A DNA stretch of 64,000 nucleotides from Octopus sinensis. Taxonomy: Eukaryota. Below, one piece after another: positions 53,686 to 64,000 of the stretch. The first letter of the stretch is position 1, and each line of letters opens with the position of its first letter. The notes beneath the pieces were generated by a model. It saw nothing but the letters and a program-made list of their open reading frames with translations, had not been told where the DNA came from and did not search any database. The stretch covers positions 109,864,001 to 109,928,000 of the forward strand of contig NC_042999.1 in the NCBI RefSeq assembly GCF_006345805.1, read 5' to 3'. A program made the position numbers and the translations under genes.

Positions 53686-53868
53686 TTTGAAGAAACTATT
53701 TGTTTGCTATTCTGCCAGGTATCGCTCCAATTTTTCTTGGAGTAGGACCTAGCAGATATGACAAGTTGAGAAGCTTCCTTGAAGATTCTTTTTGTTTGCT
53801 ATTCTGCTAGGTATCACACCAATTTTTCTTGGAGTAGGACCTAGCAGATACGACAAGTTGAGAAGCTT
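53686..53868 (+). repeat. 92-bp direct tandem repeat, 2 copies
   Basis: tgtttgctattctgc...ggagtaggacctagcagata(t/c)gacaagttgagaagctt occurs at 53701 and 53793. Confidence 0.92.
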
Positions 53869-56800
53869 GAACTTCAAAATATCCCTAAAACAGAGCATTG
53901 TACAATTAACAACATATATTTTATACGTGATACGTCCTTCTCAACAAAATATCAAATGCTAGAGTTGCGATCATTCTAAGAAACAAAATTGACTACTGAT
54001 AACAAAAATGGAAGGCCTTACATAGCATATTATACCATGCAATAGTTATTACAAGTCTTTATGATATACAAGAGAACATTTAAGATGTAAGCTATATTTT
54101 CCTTACAAAATTATGGAAAGGTTCTTATATATATATTTTTGTTACCAAAAAACAAAAAAAAGAGTTGATTGCTGACTCATCAATGTGAGAGCTCAACTTA
54201 GTATCATGAATGCTTACACAGTGTATATGAGTGACTATGTGTGTAGAAGAAAGAGAGAGGAGGAGAGGGAGAGAGGGGGAGAAGGAGAGGGAGGGGAGAG
54301 GGAGAGAGAGAGAGAGATGCTTTTGAATGCAGAAAAACAATGCTTCAGAATGATTTTGTTTTAATTTGCTATTTTGAAAGACACCTGTGTGTGTGTGCAT
54401 GTGCGCACATGTGTGTGTGTGTGTGGTTGCATGCGTGCACGTGTGTGTGTGTGTGTGGTTGCATGTGTATGTGCAACTTTTGTTGAGGGGATTCCCAATA
54501 CTGGAATTTATTCACTTCACTGAAAGACGAAAATCAACAGGATTCAAACACAGACATCGTCTCTTATACTCTTCCTCTTATACAATCGAATAAAATGCTT
54601 GAGAATAAAAGAAAGGAGGAAGAAAACACATTTCTTAAAATAACAAACATTGCTAATAATAAGGGTAATTAATATAATGATGGTGCTGATAATCTTAATC
54701 TTCAATTATTATGATCTTCCTCCCCTACTTTCCAACATCATTGCCATTATCACCATCACAAAGAAAAGCAAAATACAAAACAGCAGAAGCAGCAACAGTA
54801 ATGGTAGCAGAGAATTTATGAGCTACAGTCACAGTATCAGCTGTTTAATAAAAGAGCAAAGCCACAAGTTTCCTTCAATCCATGTTTCCCTATGCATCCA
54901 ATTTATCCTGCACTCTGTTCCAGCTGAGAAAACAAAACAAAAAGGGAAGAGAAAGGGAAAGAAAGAAAATAGATGGGAGGGGATTGTAGTTATGTGGTCA
55001 TTTTGTCAGAGATTGTTTGTCTGGATAAACTCGTTGGTCAGCAGATTGAAGGAGAGATAAATAAATGTTGAGGGAGGGCAACAGTCAAAGATATCAATGT
55101 CATGGCAATTTGGCTCCTGCAGATGCAGAGAGAATATAGAAAGAGCACGGTCAAGAAAGAAGAGAGTTCAAAGACAGAGACAGAGAGAGAGAGAGAGAAT
55201 ATGAAAGAGGAGTAAGTGCAATAAAAAAGATAAAGTAAATAAATAAGGGGTAGAAAGAAATGGAAATGAGTAATAAAAAGGACAGTAGAAAGGACATTAA
55301 GGCGAGTGTATGTGAAAAGTGTGCATCTGAAAGTGGTGGTAGAGATGATCATATAGTTGACAGTCATGAGAGAAGGAGGCATAAAGGCTAATTCTCTCTT
55401 GGCTTGCCTGCTTTTCTCTCTATATCCACATTATGTTCAGACCATCTCCATGTCAAACTGTCAACAAATAACCTCAATTATTGTAATCTCAGTGGTCAGT
55501 AGACAGAAAATAAACATGTCTAACAGTCAACTAATACACATATCCTTGTCCAGGCCATTAATGACCTCTATCATCATCGTAGTAATTTTTACAACAATGA
55601 TGAGAGCCACTACGACCACCCATACTACATCCAACACCACAACAAAGAGGAGATTTGCAAACAGAGAGCACACATCCCCTTCACTAAAAGCTTTAAGATG
55701 AGAACCACCACTACCACAAACCCAACCACTAAACAATGAGCCACTGCAATCTTCATCACCACCACCACTCCTTTAATAATATTTAGTAGTATTGACTATT
55801 AGCGGAAGAACAAGAGAAAGAGATAGGGGGAAAAGGAGAGAGAAAAACAAAGGGGAGAGGTCTTTTGCAGCTTTCCACCTCTTGCTCCTTTCTTGGCCTA
55901 TGGTGTTTGGTGCTTATTTTACCAAAGGAGTCGCAGATTGTTTGCATGAGGAGTGAAGTGTGTAATGGGGGTGTTCAAGGGTGGAAAAAGAGAGGGAAAA
56001 GATTGAAGTATAATGAAGGGAGATATGTTTGGGACAATGAGTGAACTGCATTAATCCTACCCAACCCACCCTTCTACCTTCATAGCTGACCATTCCTCAC
56101 ACACTTCTCTTTCTTTTAAGGTGGTGTTAATGTTATTTATTAGCACTTACAAATATAAGGAGGTGGAAGTGGAGATGTAGAAGGGAAGCAATGAGAAAGG
56201 GTGAAATCAGAACAGATATGGTAAAAGTATGGGGAAAAGGAGAGGAAGTCACCCGAAAAATGTAGAAAGGAGGAAGAAGAGATAAGAGAGATTTCTGTCT
56301 TAGAGGGAGAATAATACAGAGAGTTGAGGAAAGAGAGGTGAGAAAAAAGAAAAGTGTGGACGAAAATGAGAGGTGAAGAAAATGGGGATGGAAAGAGAGA
56401 GATGTGAAGTGAGCAGAGATACCAAAAAGGTAATGCAGAGAGGGTAGACAAACAGAGAACAGTCTTTCCTGCTTCAATCATCACAGCAATTAGGAGAGGA
56501 ATGAAGCTGAGGCCAAGGATTACAGAAAGGAAGAAAGGTCAACTAGTGACCAAGATTTGGAGGTTATTATTATATTGCTCTCTCTAAACAGTTCCACACT
56601 CATTTGAATAATGTGCAACTAAATATATGCAATCACAGTAGAATCAGAAGAATGTAAGGTTCTTTAATAACATATGCACACTGGTTTATAGAGAACAGAA
56701 AAGCAGCAAATTGGGTATATCCGATACTAAACATAGCTACAGTTTGCAGTGAAGGAGACAATAGCAAAAAGATAAAAAAAAGATTGCAAGAGAAACAGAA

Positions 56801-58766
56801 GAAGTGAATAAGGAAAGAAATTGTGGAAAGCCAGAGTAAAAGAATGAAAAGGAAACATGGGAAAATGTAGAGTAAAGAAGATACAAATTGATAAAGGAAT
56901 GTTATGAGACTAAAAGGAAATATAAATTAAAAACTGGAAATGATAGGGGAAATTAAAGAAAATATATTTCTCATAGATAAATATTTTGCTAAAAATTTTG
57001 CAGCAAAATTGCAGCCGCATAATTCAAAATTGAATTTCAAACCTAGGCTTTTAAAAAAGTTATGTATATTAACTGTAGCTGTCACTGTCAAGTGAGTACA
57101 TGACTCGGTAGCTTGTACTAGGTTCTTGCAAAGTGTTTTAGGCACCTGTATTGTAATAAGTAGGCATAAACATGCTCTTGATGATTGGTACTTTAAAAGT
57201 TGACCTGGTTGAACACTGAAGATGTGGCAGTTGGAAGGAGGCAGGGAAGTGGAGTAGCAGCACTCAGCAGGTACTTGAGGACATAATGCATCACCTACTC
57301 CAGGAATCAATGCTGCAATCTTATGATTATGAGCTCAATAAAACATGATTTGTACCTATTTACACACACACACGAGCATATTGTGTGTATTATTCAATGT
57401 ATATAAATATTTTTGTACTAAATTCTTTCATGTAATACTGGGTGCTGCAGAAGTAATGCTCTTTTTTTGCATTTAATAACTTTTATAGTATATAAATATT
57501 TATTACGTAATTTTTTATTGAACACAAGTTTATTGCATTACTTAAAGAAATGAAATAATAAACAAATGAAAGAATCGCTTTTGCTAAAGATAAGAGTTAA
57601 ACTAACTCAAAGCCACACCCTTTTTAATTTGTTGCTTACACTTTTACTGTTTTGAAAATCACACATTTTCAATGGTTTTTTTTTTATAAGACTGACAGAG
57701 GTAATTAAGTTTAACCTAGGCATTAAGAGCTGCTGATGAGGATTGAGATGGTCTACATCAAAAACCGAAATCGCAATCCGGCTATGTACGCTGGGGATAT
57801 ACCTGCCTTTGTCAGTCACTTAAGACAGTATGTTTGTAGTTTTGAGCTGGTTTAACCCTTATCTTTAGCAAAAGCGCTGCTAGTTAGCACCCTCTGTCAC
57901 TTTAGTGACCTCTATTAATATATGTGTGTATGTGTGTGTGTGTGTGTGTGTGTGTCTTTCTTTGTGTATATATTTGTACTCTCCCTCCATCTTACATCTC
58001 CATAACTTAGTAGTTTGGCAAAAGAGACCAACAGAATAAGTACCATGCTTAAAAAGTAAGTGCTGGGGTCAATTCGTTCAACTTAAATTCTTCAGGGTGG
58101 GTCCCCAGCATGCCCACAGTCTTTTACTAGAAAAAGTAAAAAAAAAAGCAAAAAAATCTCAAAATGATAAAATGTAACCCTACTGACCTAAGCACACAAT
58201 ATTATAGTTGATATTCTCATTGACTTATCACTTTTATTCTAAATCTTGGTACTAAATATTTCATACTTCATTACAAAGTTAAATTACAATGATACAGAAA
58301 GTATTTCTACAAACTGAATATATAATGACTATTAAAAAAAAAATTACAAAAAAAAAAAAAGAAAATCAGTTTTTGAATATTTAGACTTCAACCATACTCT
58401 GCAGGTGACTAGTAACTTTTATTTGAAATAATACTAGAAAAAGTGATGATGATGATGATCGTGATGGTAGTGGCAGTGGTGATAATGATTTCTAACATTG
58501 GCACAAGACCAGAAATTTTGCGGGAGGTTGTGTGTCTATTGAATTGACTCACTGCTGTCAGAATGAAAAGCAAAAGCCAACTCTGATTAGCAATCATAAA
58601 TAGCTATGGCCTTTCAAGTGTAAATAATTTTCCAATCACTTGTTCTTTTTATAGGGCCAACAAACAGTTTCTGTTGATTTCAACATGCACCAACATTAAC
58701 TCTTTATTTTTTGATGACATATGATGACAAAACCTGTCCTACTCTTAGTAAACCAAAATGTATTAA

Positions 58767-58987
58767 CCCTTTCGTTACTGTATTTATTTTGAGATGCTCT
58801 GTGTTTCTTTCAATTATTTTAAATATAACAAAGAATTTAGTAAAATAACTTGGTTATCATTAAGCTAGTGTTAGGAACATAAATTGTGACTAAGGTCTGG
58901 TGAAAGATTTTAATTCAAAACTTATGAAAATGAGACATTTGTACTACAGAGCCAGAGGTGGTTTCCGCCGGGTTGGTACTGAAAGGA
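58767..58987 (+). mobile_element. piggyBac-type MITE, 221 bp
   Basis: TTAA-ccctttcgttac ... gtactgaaagga-TTAA. A related partial copy starts at ~60150. Confidence 0.8.
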
Positions 58988-59258
58988 TTAAGATACAAAT
59001 CTCACTTGATTACCGATTGTATATTAGCTTGAGTGATGAATTTTGACACTTTCACTAATTCTTCAGCAGCTACAATGTATCGCAAAAGAAACAGACATAT
59101 TAGATGTGTCTTTGTGATATAAATTTAAGTAAAGAAGTGATAGTGTTCTAAAAGTAGCCACCCACCAATAACTGTTTAATCGATGTGGAAAGTAAGTTGA
59201 AAATTGTGTCTGTTTGGATGTCAACTAAACATTATTATAGAGCATTTGTAAAATAAGT

Positions 59259-59510
59259 GGAGGCGTGTGGCTTAATGGTTAGGGTGTCAGTACCATGATC
59301 GTAAGATTGTGGTTTTGATTCTTGGACCGGGCGACGTGTTGTGTTCTTGAGCAAAACACTTCATTTCACGTTGCTCCAGTCCACTCAGCTGGCAAAAATG
59401 AGTAACGCTGTGATGGATGGCGTCCCGTCCAGCTGGGGAACACATACACCATAGAAACCGGGAAACCAGGCACATGAGACTGGCTAGGCTTTAAAAGGGC
59501 GCATTTATTA
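59259..59510 (+). mobile_element. tRNA-derived CORE-type SINE (family E)
   Basis: ggaggcgtgTGGCTTAATGGttagggtg...GGTTTTGATTCTTggaccggg head; gtgttgtgttcttgagcaaaacacttcatttcac CORE-like segment; ends in ttatta/poly-T. Confidence 0.8.
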
Positions 59511-62500
59511 TTTTTTTTTTATTTGTAAAATAATGCAAGTTTGTGTTCTATGAGATTAGGTACAATGTTTCCAGAAGGGTTTTCTATGAACTTTATTTTA
59601 GTTTTTATTATAATTCGTTTTTTTTTTTTCCTGATTACTACATGTTAGTGAGTTGGGAGAATCAATGGGGTGTTGGATAGAATGCCTCATGGTGTTTGAA
59701 CCGACTCTTTGAGCTTTGAGTTCAAATTTTGCTATGGTCAACTTTGTCTTTCAGCCTTTCAGGGTCAATAAAAAGGTACCAGTCTAGGATTGGCTGAATT
59801 GTTAGAATACCAGACAGGATTCTTTCTAATTCTGTGTATTCTGAGTTCAAATGCCACCCTGTTACTGGAAAATGGTAACTCTTCTGACAGGAGTTGTGAC
59901 TAACAGATAGTATCAGCAATTTGAAAAATCAATGGAACTGTTCTCTCTTTGTTCACTAAGAAAATCAACCACTGGCACTGCTATGTGGCAACTTGATACC
60001 ATTACTGCAGTTTCCAGAGAAAATAAATTTTAAAACACTTAATATTAATCATATAAAGTTATATCTGCAATAGTAGCCAATTAATTTAGATAGATATTTA
60101 AAACATGGGAGGTAGTCTACAAGATGACTACAAGATGAATGAGCTTTTAACCCCTTTGTTACCATATTTTTGTTGAAATATGCATTCTCCATTTCAATTA
60201 ATTTGAAAATAATGAAAATTTAATAAAATAACTTTGTTATTATTAAGCTGATGTTTGGTGCATAAATCAACAAGGAATTTTTTAAGCAAGGTTTTAATTT
60301 GGATCAGTTTATTTGTATTGTAGTACAATATAAATACAATACAAATAAAGTTTGTGTTGTAGAATATGGGACAGTCTCAGGCAGGTCAGTACCAAAAAAA
60401 GTTAGTGTTAATTTAGAAACTGTGGAAATGGAAACCCACATTTCAGTCAATTCTTTCTCTGTGTGAATGTGTGAGGGGATGGGATGGTGGTGTGGAGTGG
60501 TGTGTGCCAAAAAAAAAAAAGGATAAAAAGAAAGAGAGATTAAGATGCCACCTTGATTATCACAGATGAAGTGAAATATCAGAGCATAAGTCAATTCAGT
60601 AAATACGAGAAGCTGTGAGTTTATCTGTAGATATCTTCTTTTGTGCGTTTACAAAGCTGAGAATAAAAGAGAAAGCTCCCTGAAGGTAAACGAAGAATTT
60701 TCTTTTAACTTTTAGCAAAACTGCAAGCAGCATGACATTGTGATGAAAATGTTTCCAAGTTGTGAGAAAGAACAAGAACAACCAAAAGCCATGATCTGTT
60801 CAGCTTGTGTCACACATGCTAGCAAGATGTGGCTATATTTACAAGAAAAACATTGGCCCCCCCAAGAGACATATTTAGGCAAGCTGTAGGAGACCTCCCA
60901 AGGACTCAGTGGATGTTAAGAAAAGATGTTAAATCTCTACCAATTTTACATGCCTTGGCAGTGACTCAACCATGTACAATAGATTCTTATATACTTCCAA
61001 TTCTATTCATAAAAGTGCATTTAACCAAAGATTTGCAAAACTTTGATATAAATTTCTCAAAAACAGTATCTTGGGAAGCAAATTTTTCTCTAAAATGTAG
61101 ACAGAAAAAGAGGAATGTTTTCAAAAGTCTTTAAATTTACTGCACAAATTTCATTTGATTTTCTTATTTTACATTACCAACTTTATGACGATGGATATAA
61201 GGATTGAATCAACAGTCATTATAGGAAATTCTAAACTCTAGACAATGTTTGAACATTTAAATTATAAGAATGAGCATAATATTTTATAGCAATAATGGTT
61301 TTATTAATTAAAAACAAGATTTTTCAGAATTACCTATAGATAGTAATGGTATCAAATTCTGGCACAAGGCCAGCAATTTTGGTGGAAGGGTTAGTGTACT
61401 TGACTAATGTAGACAACATCAACTTCGGTTGGATTTGAATCAGAATGTAAAGAGCTGGAGGGAATGGCACTAAGTTTGAGTCTAATGCACTAATGATTCT
61501 ATCAGCTTGCCATCTGACCTACAAGGTAATGATAAAAACTATATACCTAGAAATGTACACACCCATTGTTTTTTGTAGCTGCCTTTTCTCACAAACAAAC
61601 TTATACTTCTGATAAAGAACTCAAAAAGAAATTACAGAAGGGTGTAAAATTATGTCTAGATCTAGATAAACAGAACTTCATATAAATCATGGAGTCTTAC
61701 TTGATATTGTGAAAGAAATGCAGTAGTTACAATTTAACTTTTAGTAAATTCCAGAACAGCTGAGGCTATACAGACTTAACTAAACAGGTGGCGCAACTGA
61801 TCTTCAAGTAATTAAAGGTATGGAACATTTCTCAAAGAGTGTTCATGTTAATTAATACAGAATTCTTTGAGCTTGAACTGGACAATATTGAAAGGTTATT
61901 AATCAACTTTTGTTTCTGTTTTAGATCTAGAAATTATGAGAAGTGCACAAATACCAGCAGTTATGGTGTTATTATTATAGTATTTTAAATTCCAGCTGCT
62001 CAGCTATAATATGAAAATGACAACTATTTTCCAGCTGAACAAAGAAATGTTTCTGAGAATTTGATGCAGTACCTCTTGAAAAACTTGTTCTAGGTACATA
62101 GAGTTGTAGAGAAGGAGGAATGGGTAAAATGTTTTAATAAAAGTCGTGTAAGATGAGGCACAAAGATGATGGTAGAAAGGGAAGAGGTACTTAGGCTGAA
62201 TTTAGTAGATGAAAATTTCAGAAGAATAAAAACAACTGAAGAACCTCAAGAAAAAACAAAAACAAAAAAACAAAACACAAACTAATAAGGTAGTGGTTGT
62301 GGTTGTAGAGCATTCGCATGAGAAAGCTTGCCTTAAAAGGGGGGTTGTTTTTTTTCTATTTTTAATTTTTATTACAATCAAGAATGTGAATGCATGTAAT
62401 GAGTGCACCAAGCATGTTGTGTAAATGGTATTATCTCCCATCTAATATGAAAATAGATGCAATAGTTCCACTATTTGCATAACATTCAATAAGTAGCAAC

Positions 62501-63430
62501 ACTACATTACCAAACACACACACACACACATACATGCACATGTAGACATACATACACACAGATGCACACCCACCTCAACATCTGCTCCACAAAGGCTGAT
62601 TAAATCAACCATGCATGCATGAAAATAGACACATAAATATGCACACACTGGCATTCACATGCACCGCATACCAACCCCACCACACACACACACATACACA
62701 GATATGTGCACAAATACATATTCATACATAAAAGTCTGAATAATTTCTATTCAATAAGACACTGACTAAATCTTCAGTAGTTGATTGAACACACACGTAC
62801 ACACCGTAAACTATATAAACACACTTCAGTTTCATTGATCTGAAGTTTCAACTAGGTAGTTGGGCATATAATCAAAAAACACACACTGACATATAATGTG
62901 CATGTAAGTGTATGCATGTGTACATGCACACAGCCAACTCCATTCAATAAGAAACTGACTACATTTTCAAGATGATGAATTAATAAAAAGCTTCACAAGA
63001 ATAAACTATTTTCCATAAGTTTTTGTATTCTTTCTTATAATAGGATGAAACAGCATTTTCAGACAAGACTCCTGGGACACAGAATTATAGGCATCTGTAC
63101 TGAGTCATTGAAGAAATGCTATCACTGGATATATATATATATGCGTGTCTACATGCATACATGTGCAAATACATATGTGTATGTAAGTTTATAATTGTCA
63201 TCAGACTTACACTGTTAAGAGTCACAGAACTATAGGTAATTATCATGAGTGATCATTGAAATGCCCTTATGCATGTATGCTAGAAGCTAATGATCCAGGA
63301 TTATCCTAATCAATAAAATTAGTAGGGTCCAAACATGCTTAAGATATTACGGCATCATCTTATTGTTATCAGCTGGTTATTATCTGAAAAGTTAGCTCCA
63401 AAAAAAATCATCACAATTCGTGACCTCTAG

Positions 63431-63594
63431 CAGGGCCATCTTAGAAATATTATAGGCGCCTGGGCAAATCAATGTAGTGCTCTTTGAAGTATCTATTAAC
63501 AACAAGCCACAGTACATATAGATCAGAATGGTCCCCTAGACTTGTGGGGATCCTGGGCAACTGCCTTCTGTGCTCATGCTTTAAGACAGTGCTG
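63431..63594 (-). mobile_element. hAT-type MITE, same family as 29355-29534
   Basis: cagggccatcttag ... ttaagacagtgctg; flanks acctctag / gcttctag (6/8). Confidence 0.7.
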
Positions 63595-64000
63595 GCTTCT
63601 AGTGCAAGGGTGCTTGTCTGTGTGTGTACATGTATGTGTGTGTGAGTAAATTAACATCATTTTAAAACAAAAATCCAGGGAGATTAAATAAAAATATATA
63701 CAAGCAGCCCTGGTGAATCATGATTTAACTTCAATAGGTGATGCGTGTGCATATGAATGGCAGTGTGCACATGTATGAGTGCATGAATATCTGAGGGTTT
63801 GTGTACATATATTAGCCTATGATAGTGACTCTTTTGCTGGATGCGTATGAATATATATATATATATGTGAATGTCTGATTATGTGAAGAATGTGTACGGA
63901 GGATGTATGTTATGAAGGGTTAGTACATATGTGTTTGTGTGTGTATGCATGTGGTATATGTGTGTGTGTGTGCATGTATGCATGAGTATGTTGATAAGCT

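Noticed and set aside
56927-57310. 127-codon minus ORF (IPGVGDALCPQVPAECC...)
   Set aside because: Non-ATG start, weak acceptor, no recognisable motif, and alternative frames equally plausible; not supportable without homology or RNA data.
57733-57800. CTGATGA...cGAAA hammerhead core
   Set aside because: Stem III has only 3 pairs, stem I does not form, and a competing hairpin sequesters the core.
61570-62100. Cluster of plus-strand acceptor-like sites with short open peptides
   Set aside because: The implied introns are ~30 nt and most frames end in stops; no coherent model.

Overview
AT-rich eukaryotic DNA, almost certainly an Octopus genome. The basis is the repeat content: tRNA-derived SINEs of the octopus OK/OR type, recognised from memory rather than by database search, and very dense (TA)n/(CA)n/(GATA)n/(AAT)n microsatellites. 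It is not prokaryotic and has no CRISPR, rRNA or true tRNA genes. Most ORFs in the supplied track are microsatellite or low-complexity artefacts. The best-supported content is mobile DNA: several SINE families, RTE- and CR1-type LINE 3' remnants, a mariner derivative whose two ends are both 5' ends, hAT and piggyBac MITEs (one nested pair), a Helentron/DINE-1-like element, and a ~300-bp fold-back palindrome in a (TA)n tract. There is also a near-identical ~0.93-kb tandem duplication bounded by (TA)n. A CpG-retaining island at ~31.1-35.5 kb carries outward-facing splice donors, suggesting a promoter region. I found several splice-signal-flanked open segments that could be exons, but I recognise none of the peptides, so no gene is named and all CDS calls are low confidence. 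I did not find a clearly new biological system; the best leads are listed under findings.
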